A stretch of DNA of 64,000 nt, from positions 109,639,382-109,703,381 of the forward strand of contig NC_043005.1 in assembly GCF_006345805.1 (NCBI RefSeq), in the 5' to 3' direction. The stretch is from Octopus sinensis. Taxonomy: Eukaryota. A program made the position numbers and the translations under genes. The notes beneath the pieces were generated by a model. The model did not search any database and was not told the origin of the DNA. It worked only from the letters and a program-made list of their open reading frames with translations. Shown here in pieces: positions 38,565 to 50,315 of the stretch (within the stretch, counting starts at the first letter, position 1; every line of letters begins with the position of its first letter).

Positions 38565-39470
38565 TAGGAAAAGATGAGGCTCCTTAACTGTGGTGAAGGC
38601 ATCCCATCGAGAAGAGGGAAACTTTGATATAAAACCAGGTCTTTAGTTGCTGAATGTCTCCTTAATAGCTCTGTACTCTGACTCATAGGGTAGACTAGGC
38701 TCTCCAGCTTGCTTATAGTGGCTTGTCTAGGAGATGGAAATCTCTGAAGAAATGGCCTGAGGTGTGTTGTTCTTGGTATTGTGCACCATATTCCTGCTAT
38801 CATCACTTTCAAAAAGTGTGTCTGGCTCTACACAAGCCTTCAACACTCAAATCAAATCATATGTGTGGGTTTTCTGACAACTCACATTTATGCATTCAAT
38901 ATGGACCAGCTTCAACTTGCAAAATTCAAAAAGTCCCCTGGTGGGAGAGTGAAGGCAGCTGGGACAGGTAAAGGATATTACTGGAAGTCTCTTGCTGGAT
39001 CTCAACACAGTTGCTGATCATTGGGTGATGGCCATTTCAGCATAGACCCTGTGAGTAACTGTGCTGTCACTGTCCTCCAGTGGTGACAAAGCAGGTCAAT
39101 TTGTACACAGCACTTCTATCCCCAACAGTAGGGAGGGCAAGAAAAAGAGCCACAAACACTACTTACTTACCTTAAACTTGGCACCCTGCTGCAGTTGTCT
39201 GGTTATTCAGTAACGCAGTTGAAACATGAAGAAATCTAAGAATGTTGACCCTGGTACTGGGAATGGGCACGCTCTCCAAGATAGTCACTGAGCACCAGAA
39301 TGAAAAACAGCACTGGTTGCCCTTGAACTAAAGAATTGCAGCATTGATGTAGCTTCACTCATCTAACAGGATCGTCACAGTTAGAAGAAAGTAAAACCTT
39401 GAACTAAGCTGCATAGGAATGTCCACCTTGGATGAATACGTATTGCAACTGATTTTGATTTAAATCAACT
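38565..39470 (+). pseudogene. RTE-clade LINE 5' UTR plus start of AP endonuclease, decayed
   Basis: GTGNGHALQD...PE*KTALVALELKNCSIDVASL matches GTWNVRTL...RPERRTALVAREL...IDIAAL. Confidence 0.65.
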
Positions 39471-39481
39471 AAATACACATA

Positions 39482-39652
39482 GGCGCAGGAGTGGCTGTGT
39501 GGTAAGTAGCTTGTTTACCAACCACATGGTTCCGGGTTCAGTCCCACTGCGTGGCACCTTGGGCAAGTGTCTTCTACTATAGCCTCGGGCCGACCAAAGC
39601 CTTGTGAGTGGATTTGGTAGACGGAAACTGAAAGAAGCCCGTCGTATATATG

Positions 39653-39685
<33 letters not shown>

Positions 39686-39896
39686 TTGTGTGTCTGTGTT
39701 TGTCCCCCTAGCATTGCTTGACAACCGATGCTGGTGTGTTTATGTCCCCGTTACTTAGCGGTTTGGCAAAAGAGACCGATAAAAAAGTACTGGGCTTACA
39801 AAAGAATAAGTCCCGGGGTCAAGTTGCTCGATTAAAGGTGGTGCTCCAGCATGGCCGCAGTCAAATGACTTAAACAAGTAAAAGAGAGTAAAAGAG
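39482..39896 (+). mobile_element. SINE family A, full length
   Basis: Full match. Confidence 0.9.
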
Positions 39897-40054
39897 ATAA
39901 CTGCTACATCAATGGACACTCGGTCACTTATCCAGCAGAAACACATATCTGATGGGAATTTGATGAGAATAATAGCAATGTATTTTTAAATAAATTCTGA
40001 AGATGTGTAATTCCCCATTCTTCTATATGATGTGTTGATTATATACACACACCC

Positions 40055-40220
40055 AACAGGTTTCATTCTGTTTCTGCTTACCAAATCTACTTATACACAA
40101 GGCTTTGGTTGGCTTGGGGTTATAGCTGAAGACACTTACTCAAAGAGCTGTGCAATGAGAATGAATCCGTGGATGCATGGTTGGGAAGCAAACTTCTTAA
40201 TCACACATCTGTGCCTGTAC
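40055..40220 (-). mobile_element. SINE family A, old diverged 5' half
   Basis: accaaatctac...caaggctttggttggc...gaagacactt. Confidence 0.6.
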
Positions 40221-40718
40221 CATAATGATATTCTGTCTTTTTTATCTTTTAATGAGAAGGGTAGGCAGTGCCCATAATCCTATGCATTGCTTCTGAGACT
40301 GGTCACAAGTAAGGAGGTCTCCTCAAACTGGAAACCTAGCTTGAAAGAGGAATCCACAAAAGACATCTGCTGGTGTACGTGTTGGGGGTGGGGATGGGGG
40401 CAGTATTGGTGTTGGGTGGGGGACAGTTGTGGTGTTAAACAGAGTTATAGATTATGCCGTCCACTCAAGTAGGACTTTCGCTTAAACTACAAAGTACTAG
40501 AAAAAGTACTTCAAGGCATTTGGTTTGATATTCTTACGGTTCTGCTAATCCATTCCTTTGTACTGGTATCATTTTATCGACCCTAAAGGAATGAAAGGCA
40601 AAGTTGATCTGAGTGAAATTTGAACTCAGTGTACAGAGACTCAAAACAAATAACACAATATATTCTTATTGAAGCTCTATGGACTTTGTCAATTTGCAGC
40701 CTATATTGTATGATGCTG

Positions 40719-40937
40719 GCAGAAACATTAGCATGCCGGGCGAAATGCGTAGCCGTATTTCGTCTGTCGATACGTTCCGAGTTCAAATCCCGCCAAGGTC
40801 GACTTTGCCTTTCATCCTTTCGTGGTCGATAAATTAAGTACCAGTTATGCACTGGGGTCGATGTAATCGACTTAATCCCTTTGTCTGTCCTTGTTTGTCC
40901 CCTCTGTGTTTAGCCCCTTATGGGTAGTAAAGAAATA
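40719..40937 (+). mobile_element. SINE family B
   Basis: 17-bp TSD tatattgtatgatgctg (40702-40718, 40938-40954). Confidence 0.9.
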
Positions 40938-40944
40938 TATATTG

Positions 40945-41220
40945 TATGATGCTGTCTATAGTATTGCCGTATGTCCATATACTGTGTGACACTGTGTCAC
41001 TGTTTATAGTAATACTGTATGTCCACTGTTTTGCATGCTACTGACCATAGTAAATCTGTATGTCTGGTTAGAGTGTTTGATGCTGTTCATCGTAGTGTTG
41101 TATGGGTTTGACACTGTCCATAATAAAGCTGTATGTCCACTAGATTGAGTGACACTGTCAATAGTAATGCTGTATGTCCACCACGGTGTGTGACACTCCC
41201 TATTGATAATGTATGTCCAT
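40945..41220. repeat. Degenerate ~41-bp minisatellite
   Basis: Recurrent actgtcyatagtaatgctgtatgtccac, about 6-7 copies. Confidence 0.7.
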
Positions 41221-41794
41221 TAAATAACCGATGTTTAATGTGGTTAGCTACATTGGTCTTGCGGTTGCTTTATTAGATCATAGAGTTGTGTGTGACATAC
41301 AGTTGCGGTCAGTTCTCGCAGTTACGGCCAGGCCAGAACTTGAAAGACAGAAATAAATGTAAAATAAGATGCAAGATAACATGTGATTGCAATTATGTGG
41401 TCATAACAATCTGTGAATCGGAGTGGAGGAATAACGAGGTCATTCCAGCTGGTCATATATGCATAAAAAAGTGACCATGTCAGAGCAACGATAACGTTAT
41501 TATGATGACATGTTTGGCCACCACCTCCGTCAGCAGCAACACCACTACTGACCCACCACCATGGCCACCACTGTCACTGTCTCTCTCTCTCTCTTGGTCA
41601 GTACCAGATTAGATACATCATCCCATCACCATGTTTGCTTCTCGGTAACATAGCCGTGGTGGAGGGCAGGGCTGGAGGGGGGAAGTGTCGCTTAGACACA
41701 CATCACATTGTGGAATGGACACATTTAGGCATCATAAAACATTGATGATACCACTACAACTACTGCTGATGTCGGTGCTGGTGCTTGGTGCTAC

Positions 41795-41984
41795 AGTTGC
41801 TGGTGGTGGTGGTTGAGGTGGGGGTGGGGGTGCGGTGGAGGTGTTGATGATGATGGTGGTGGTGGCGGCATTAGTGGCTGCTGTTGTTGCTGCTGCTGCT
41901 ACTGCAGTTGCTGTCACCACCACCACCATCATCAGCAGCACCGCCAGCACCACCACCACCACTACCACCACCACCACTACCAAC

Positions 41985-42015
<31 letters not shown>

Positions 42016-42073
42016 CCACCACCACCACCACCACCACCACCACCACCACCACTGCCACTGCTGCTGCTGCTGC
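41795..42073. repeat. (GGT)n/(GCT)n/(CCA)n trinucleotide repeats
   Basis: Directly visible. Confidence 0.9.
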
Positions 42074-42074
42074 A

Positions 42075-42330
42075 GGCCTCTACTTAGAGATAGCAGTCAA
42101 ATTTCTCTCAAATTACACCCAGCCATCATAAAAAGGGAGGTTTATAAAAAATATCGTAGTCATAGACATATCATGTTTGTATATAAGACAGGATGGCCAT
42201 GGTAGGAAATAACCCTTTCAAATCAAATAAGGACACACTTGCTAATATCTGAATAAATAGGATGGTCATGGGTGGAGTGTCTTTGAAAATAAGTCAGCTT
42301 GATCAGGCCTGACGCTCCACTAAACAGCAA
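42075..42330 (-). mobile_element. Family G repeat, decayed
   Basis: tagagatagcagtcaaatttctctcaaattacacc...ggatggtcatgg; reverse of the 1515-1695 arrangement. Confidence 0.45.
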
Positions 42331-42397
42331 CAACAACAATATCTCTGCTATTAGCAATCACCATCACAGGTACTGAACAGCCTAGAAATAATCTTAA

Positions 42398-43527
42398 GGC
42401 AATGAGCTGGCAGAAACGTTAGCACATCAGGCGAAATGCTTAGCGGTATTTCATCTACCGTTACGTTCTGAGTTCAAATTCCGCCGAGGTCAACTTTACC
42501 TTTCATCCTTTCGGGGTCGATAAATACGTACCAGTTACGCACTGGGGTCGATATAATCGACTTAATCCGTTTGTTTCTCCTTGTTTGTCCTCTCTGTGTT
42601 TAGCCCCTTGTGGGTAGTAAAGAAGTAGGTATTTCGTCTGCTGTTACGTTCTGAGTTCAAATTCCACCGAGGTTGACTTTGCCTTTCATCCTTTCGGGGT
42701 CCATTAAATAAGTATCAGTTACGCACTGGGCTCGATATAATCGACTTAATCCGTTTGTTTGTCCTTGTTTGTCCTCTCTGTGTTTAGCCCCTTGTAGTAT
42801 TTCGTCTGCTGTTACGTTCTGAGTTCAAATTCCACCGAGGTTGACTTTGCCTTTCATCCTTTCGGGGTCCATTAAATAAGTATCAGTTACGCACTGGGCT
42901 CGATATAATCGACTTAATCCGTTTGTTTCTCCTTGTTTGTCCTCTCTGTGTTTAGCCCCTTGTGGGAAGTAAAGAAATAGGTATTTCATCTGCTGCTACG
43001 TTCTGAGTTCAAATTCCACCAAGGTCGACTTTGCCTTTCATCCTTTCGGGATCGATAAATTAAGTATCAGTTACGCACTGGTGTCGATATAATCGACTTA
43101 ATCTGTTTGTCTATCCTTGTTTGTCCTCTCTGTGTTTAGTCCCTAGTGGGTAGTAAAGAAATAGGTATTTCGTCTGCTGTTACGTTCTGAGTTCAAATTC
43201 CACCGAGGTCGACTTTGCCTTTCATCCTTTCGGGGTTGATAAATAAAGTACCAGTTACACACTAGGGTCGATATAATCGACTTAATCCCTTTGTCTGTCC
43301 TTGTTTGTCCTCTCTGTGTTTAGCCCCTTGTGGGTAGTAAAGAAATAGGTATTTCGTCTGCTGTTATGTTCTGAGTTCAAATTCCGCCGAAGTCAACTTT
43401 GCCTTTCATCCTTTCAGGGTCGATAAAGTACCAGTTACACACTGGGGTTGATGTAATCAACTTAATCCCTTTGTCTGTCCTTCTTTGTCCCCTCTAGGTT
43501 TAGCCCCTTGTGGGCAATAAAGAAATA
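42398..43527 (+). mobile_element. SINE family B tandem array (1 full plus 5 head-truncated units)
   Basis: Units start at 42398, 42628, 42797, 42980, 43164, 43348; period 184 bp for the last units. Confidence 0.95.
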
Positions 43528-44282
43528 TATACATAATCATTCAACATTTAAAAATAGCAACCAAATTTCCTAAATTCATATTGCACTATCTTCAAATAGG
43601 ATGGACAGAACAGACATTTCAGTCTGAGATACTCAAAATAATGGTCAAGACTGACCTGTGGTTAAACATAACTAGCAACTGCATTGATGTTTATAATTGT
43701 AGTTGTTGTTGTTATTGCTGTTGCTCCCCTTTTACTAAACCTAACTTTGTCCTGATGAAGCAGAACTATGATCAAAGACAAGCCAGAAATTGAATGGTTT
43801 GCTTGACATTTCTTAAAAAAATTTGCTATTCCATTAAATACCTGTATTAGCACATTCTTCTCTGTTTTATAAAAAGTTCATCTCAGCCTTCACACATCTT
43901 CAGCATCCAATGTCCATCTTTGCTACTATGCATTATCACATTCCATACACAAATATCATACAATCTGGTCTGTGACTAAATTGAAAAAACCCTTGTTTAC
44001 AACAGAACTACTATAGCCTCAGGTCGACCAATGCCTTGTCAGATGTCAACAATATAATTTGGCGTGATTTTATACCACATGAGTCCTTATGAGAGAACCT
44101 CTCAAGGGAAATAATGCAGTATACTGTGTTCTAATACATCCTCCTTGTTAGGTTGGAGGTCAAGATTACCTTTTGGTATATAAAAGAGTGTGAGTGTGTA
44201 TACGTAAATGTTGAACAATGAAAATGAGTGCTTAACACTACATTGGTAGATATGAAGTATATATATATATATATGCATTTAT

Positions 44283-44729
44283 AGGTGTGGCTGTGCAGTA
44301 AATAGCTTGGTTATCAGCCACATGGTTCTGAGTTCAGTCCCACTGCATGGCACCTTAGGCAGCTGTTTTCTACTCTAGCCTCAGGCTGACCAAAGCCTTG
44401 TGAGTGGATTTGGTAGATGTAAACTGAAAGAAGCATGTTGTGTATATATATGTGTGTGTGTGAGCTTATATATATATGTATATATGTATATAAGTATGTG
44501 TGTGTATATGTTTGTGTGTCTGTGTTTGTCCTCCCAACATCACTTGACAACTAATGCTGGTGCGTTTGCATCCCTGTAACTTAGCAGTTCAGCAAAAGCG
44601 TCCGATAAAATAAGCACTAGGCTTACAAACAATAAGTCCTGGGGTCGATTTGCTTGACTAAAGGTGGTACTCCAGCATGGCCACAGTCAAATTGACCAAA
44701 ACAAATAAAAGGAAAAAAAGACTAAAAGA
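44283..44729 (+). mobile_element. SINE family A
   Basis: Full match, moderately diverged. Confidence 0.85.
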
Positions 44730-44760
<31 letters not shown>

Positions 44761-45152
44761 TTCTTATACCTACAATATATATTATATTGGTTTATAAACT
44801 TTATTCTAATATCTATCACTCTATGTGGTAACAAACCAAACTATTTTCTAAATATGGTTGCATTAGAAACTGGTAAGATGCTGATATTCTATGTCATCCT
44901 ACCAGCATGTACTATGATAGTCAATAAATTTTACTTTATATCCATTATACGCCAAGTTTTACGTTTTATAATTATATCCCAAAATGAACAAAAACTTGAG
45001 AAAAATGATTTGTAAATATTAAGCTTTTAAGGAATTCTATTATTTTGGTTTTGATATTCAATATTCTTCAGTTTTGCATCGTTACATCCAAGTCTATACA
45101 GCTGTTATTTGAATATAAAACTTGTACATTAGTCCTCACCAGCTATCGATTG

Positions 45153-45184
<32 letters not shown>

Positions 45185-45227
45185 CTCTATCTATCTACCT
45201 ATCTATATATCTATCTATCTATCTATG

Positions 45228-45282
<55 letters not shown>

Positions 45283-45295
45283 GTCTATCTATCTA

Positions 45296-45332
<37 letters not shown>

Positions 45333-45349
45333 GTCTATCTATCTATATC

Positions 45350-45389
<40 letters not shown>

Positions 45390-45397
45390 GTCTATCT
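45153..45397. repeat. (CTAT)n microsatellite, left flank of Tx1 element
   Basis: Directly visible. Confidence 0.95.
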
Positions 45398-47700
45398 ACT
45401 TTAGGCCCATCACTCTGCTTAATGCAGACTTGAAAATTTTGGCCAAAGTTGCTAGCCAAGAGGTTGGCGCTTGTCATCGAGAAACTGGTCGACAAGGCGC
45501 AAACATTGCGCCGTGCCAGGCCGGACCCATCCATGACAACCTCCATCTGATGCGCTACATCATAGACAGGGTAGTTAACGAACCTGGCATGGGTGGGGCC
45601 CCTGATCAACTTGGATCAATCAAAAGCCTTTGATAGGGTGACCATCGATCTTGAGGCAGTCCTGAGAGCGGCTGGTTTCGGTCCCGTCTTCCGCGGCTGG
45701 ATAGCTGCCTGTACAGAGGCATCCGTTCGGTAATTCGCGTAAATGGAAACATCTATCGAGACCTTTCGACATTGCACGTTCGGTCCGTCAGGGATGCCCC
45801 CTCTCGGCGCTTCTATACGTATTGACTCTGAGCCACTACTGCGGAAGCTGGCGACTCTAAGGGGCATCCCGCGAGAATTGGATGCGGGACGAGCGTGTCT
45901 GCATACGCGGGACGACGTCACGGTCATAGTGTCTAGCCACGAGCACATCGAGCTGGTCGGCGAGACACTGAAAAACTACGAAGCGTTGACAGGAGCGAAA
46001 ATCAACCGGGAAAAGTCAGTGGCTTGCTGCGACTAGGCACCTGGAGAAGCAAGCCCATGCCGTCCACCAGCGCCTCCGTCGTGGGACGCTGGACCGACGG
46101 CCCGGTGAGTTGCTCGGGGTCTGGTTTGGTCCGGACCTCCAAGTGGAGAAGAACTGAACGAGATAACGAGTAGGGTGGTGACTCTCGCCGGCAATGGGCC
46201 GAGAGGAAACTGTCCCTAAAAGGCGAGCGGAGGTGGCGAACACGTACATCGCGTCCGTCATCTACTACCGCCTGACCGTCGTACCTTGTCCCACCCTACC
46301 ATCACCAAACTACAACGCATCCTCTTTCGCTTCTTGTGGAAAGGAATGCGTCCCGATGGTCAGGCGATCCATTTGCTGTCAACAACCCGTTAAAAGGAGG
46401 GCTGGGCATGCCGTGGTTGATGATGCGCAGACACGCGCTGAGACTGCGACATCTCTGGCTCTATGTAGACGACGTGAACAGGTGTGGTCGCCGTTTGTGA
46501 GGCACGCTTTCCCGCAGCTCGTCTCCATGACCGAACTGCAGTCGTGATCAAAAAGAGGCCGAGGAAGGGCGAATGGCACCCGCGAGTGTCGCGTTGCTCT
46601 CAAGCAAGTCTGCCGTCCTGGGTCGACCTTAAGTGACTTCAACACAACCAAAGCATATAGGGGTTTAGTGGAGGGGAGGTACGACGACGAGCTCGGGGCG
46701 AACCTGGACGTCGACGAGGAGTACCTGACCCGCCTGTTCGGGACGACTTTCGGGCCAGGCCCATGGACAACTTCCAGAGATCCTTGGCCTGGCAGTGCTA
46801 ACACCGAGAAGCGCTACCCGTTCGGATAAGCTCTACAGACACGGCTCGAAAACACGGGGCGACCTGCCCAGATGCGGTCAGAGCGACGAAACCGTTCTGC
46901 ACGCACTCGTTCAGTGTCCAACAATTTCCGACCTGTGGGCTTATGTCGAACAACTGCTGTCACGTGTGGGACGAGTCGGTTTATCAGCTGAGTCTATCGT
47001 CAATATTGTCCGCCTCCTTCCTTCAACGGGAAGGAAGGCTATTTTCATCATCTTGTGGCTATGGCGAAAGAATGTATCTGGTGGAGACGCGTCTGAAAGG
47101 ATTGGAGACAAACACTTTCCTCTCTGGTCAATCTCTCATCAACTTCTTCAAGTACCACTTGAAAAGGAAGTGAGAGTAGAGAGGCAAGTTTTCTAGCGAA
47201 GTTTTAAAAAAGATGGGTGAATGTTGCAAGAATGGCACGTATGAATGACGAAGCCACCTTGAGCATAGTCCTATGAACCCAGAAATCGAAAACAGAGAGT
47301 TACTTATTTGCAAAAAAAAAAAAAAAAAAAAAAAAAGAAATATAAAATGTGACTTCATTGACCGAGGTTACCGTGGTCTTTTCCGTAGGCTTTTCTTTCC
47401 CGGGTAACCTCACCTGTCCTCCCCTTTACACTTCATATTGACATTTCTGTGATAACGATCCTTTGATCATTTTTTTTTTTTTTTTTTTTTTTCTTCTCTC
47501 TCCCCTTTTTTTTTTTTTTTTTTTTTTACCGACCCCCCTTTTTTTTGTCCTCTTTCTCTCCTTTCGATCCCTTTTGATCGAACCTCCCCCTTCCTATTTT
47601 TTTTTTTTTTTTTTTTTTTTTAATACCTTCCAAAAGAAAAGCTCTACCTTGTAATTTGTTCTATCTGTGTGCAGCCCTGTGTGGCTAATAAAGAAACATA
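45398..47700 (+). mobile_element. Tx1/L1-clade non-LTR retrotransposon, 5'-truncated (RT, C-terminal Zn finger, 3' UTR)
   Basis: Frameshift-corrected [81 protein letters not shown]; stop ~47276; AATAAA at 47687-47692. Confidence 0.92.
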
Positions 47701-47705
47701 ATCTA

Positions 47706-47753
<48 letters not shown>

Positions 47754-47776
47754 ATATCTATCTGCCTATCTATCTA

Positions 47777-47834
<58 letters not shown>

Positions 47835-47866
47835 CTTATCTATCTATCTATTATCTATCTTATCTA
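47701..47866. repeat. (CTAT)n microsatellite, right flank of Tx1 element
   Basis: Same unit and strand as the left flank. Confidence 0.95.
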
Positions 47867-47887
47867 TTCTCTCTCTCTCTTCTCTCT

Positions 47888-47929
<42 letters not shown>

Positions 47930-47964
47930 ATATATATATATCATATCATATCATATCAATCATA

Positions 47965-48205
47965 TCATCATTATCATCATCATCATCATCATTTAATGTC
48001 CTTTTTCCTTGCTGGCATGGGTTAGATGGTTTGACTGAGGTCTGGAAGCCAGCAGCTGAACCAGGCAATGTTCTACAGCTGAATGCCCTTCCTAGCATAG
48101 ACCATTCCGAGAGTGTAGTGGGTGCTTTTTACATGCCACCAGCACAGGAGCCAGTCAGGCAGGCCTGACATCAATCACGTTTGGATAGTGCTTTCTATGT
48201 GATAT
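47965..48205 (-). mobile_element. RTE-type 3' end (family E), diverged
   Basis: (CAT)n...gcatgggttagatgg...tgcccttcc...gtgggtgctttttacatgccacc. Confidence 0.7.
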
Positions 48206-48400
48206 CTAAATATATATATATATATATGTATGTATACAAATAAGAAAATGGAGGAATAAATTCATTTCAATCATCAACTTACAGATATTACCATTTCATA
48301 TTATCTATTAACTATATAAATAAGAACATCCAAATCGAACAAAAGAATATACATCAATATGCAAGATAAGAATACCATAAGAATAATACACATAAAATGG

Positions 48401-48440
48401 TCCTTACAGCTGTTTCAGCCTACAGATGCTTCACCAACAG
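48401..48440 (-). ncRNA. Degenerate hammerhead remnant
   Basis: TTGGTGA agc...gct GAAA cagct GTA with palindromic acagctgt; stem I and 5' core not intact. Confidence 0.3.
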
Positions 48441-48525
48441 TATACTGGATAACTGATATCCCATAGTGGATTACCCTCATAACCCCTATCTTACTTTGTA
48501 CTATATATATATATATATATATATG

Positions 48526-49050
48526 AAATAGTGTACATTTAAACACAAGAGAAATTACCTTTACCAGGTAATTTTACATGCTAGAAGAGGCAGACAAAAA
48601 TGACCAATACCACATTTAAGAGCAATTTCAAAGGGAATGGAAAATAAAAACTTCTTAACTCGTTATATTTTTATGGTTATACCTAGGTTTCAAATTTTTT
48701 AGCAAATAAAATAATTTACCAGGCGAAATTCTCATCAGTAACCATGCCATAACATTAACACATAATTTAGAAATGAATAACATGTGTCTCATCATTATAT
48801 GTTATAATTTTTCAAATTCACCGCGCAAGTGCAGTTTCAGTTGGCAGCACATGAGAAATGCTGAACTGATCTTCGAAAGGCTAAAATCATATACGTAAAA
48901 TATGTAGGGTAGTGAATATTTTTAGAAATTTCCCTACCAGTGGCCTAGCATGTATAAAAAGTCAATAGACAACATATTCTCAATATAAAATAGTATACAT
49001 TTAAACACAAGAGAAATTACCTTTCACAGGTAATTTTAAATGATAGAAGA
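48526..49050 (-). mobile_element. Retrozyme-like / Penelope pLTR-like element: 462-bp unit plus 63-bp terminal direct repeat
   Basis: Direct repeats 48526-48588 and 48988-49050 (5 mismatches); internal hammerhead; (TA)n on the left, SINE A on the right. Confidence 0.75.
48673..48745 (-). ncRNA. Type I hammerhead ribozyme
   Basis: Minus strand atggtta CTGATGA gaattt...aaattt GAAA cctag GTA taaccat: 7-bp stem I, 6-bp stem II, palindromic stem III acctaggt. Confidence 0.85.
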
Positions 49051-49052
49051 TA

Positions 49053-49501
49053 TAGGCGTAGGAGTGGCTGTGTAGGCGTAGGAGTGGCTGTGTAGGCGTA
49101 GGAGTGGCTGTGTAGGCATAGGAGTGGCTGTGTGGTAAGTATCTTGCTTACCAGCCACATGGTTCCGGATTCAGTCCCACTGCGTGGCACCATGGGCAAG
49201 GGTCTTCTACTATAACCTTGGGCCGACCAAAGCCTTGTGAGTGGATTTTGTAGATGGAAACTGAAAGAAGCCCGTCGTATATATGTATATATGTGTGTGT
49301 GTTTGTGTGTCTGCGTTTGTCCTCCCAACATTGCTTGACAACTGATGCTGGTGTGTTTATGTCCATGTAACTTAGCGGTTCGGTAAAAGAGGCCGATAGA
49401 ATAAGTACTAGGCTTACAAAGAATAAGTCCTGGGATCGATTTGCTCAACTAAAGGTGGTGCTCCAGCATGGACACACTCAACTGAATGAAATAAGTAAAA
49501 G
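49053..49501 (+). mobile_element. SINE family A with four tandem copies of its first 20 bp
   Basis: taggcgtaggagtggctgtg at 49053, 49073, 49093, 49113. Confidence 0.9.
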
Positions 49502-49541
49502 ATTATATATATAATATATATACTATATATATATATATATG

Positions 49542-49576
<35 letters not shown>

Positions 49577-50125
49577 GTGTATTTATATATGTGGATGTAT
49601 GATGTATGTGTGTGTCTATGTACTATGTAAGGATGAAGGTAAGTATGTCTATCTGTGTGGGGTGGATGATGCCTTTGATAAAGTATGGTGACAAATTTCT
49701 TTCTCCACAGACCCCCAGCTCCTTACTTCAGTCCTTAGAATTAAGGAGTCCTCCAGCTGACATTTTACATACTGGCCTCCTCAACTCAAAGGCACACACA
49801 TAAACACACTCACGCAAACACACACGCACACATATGGACAGAGACATTTATTTTAAATCAGGGCACTTTTATACTTTTTTATATTTGACTAATATTCTGT
49901 GTCATACTTTTCCAAACATCCATGGAGACAAACGCACATACACTTCCCTCTCCCTTGGTCTGTTTCTCTGTGTATGTGTGTGTGTATGTGAGTCTCATGC
50001 TGTCTCTTTCTCTCATACACACAAGCACATATATACATACATATATATATAGATATATATATATATATATATTCAGATAGATGCATATTGATATATATAG
50101 ATGTACATACGTACATACATGCATG

Positions 50126-50156
<31 letters not shown>

Positions 50157-50281
50157 GTATATATATATATATATATGTATATATAAAGAGAGAGAGAGAG
50201 AGAGGGAGAGAGGGAGAAAGACAGACAGATAGACCGATAGATAGATAGAGAGATAGATACATGCATACATATATGGTAGGC

Positions 50282-50315
<34 letters not shown>

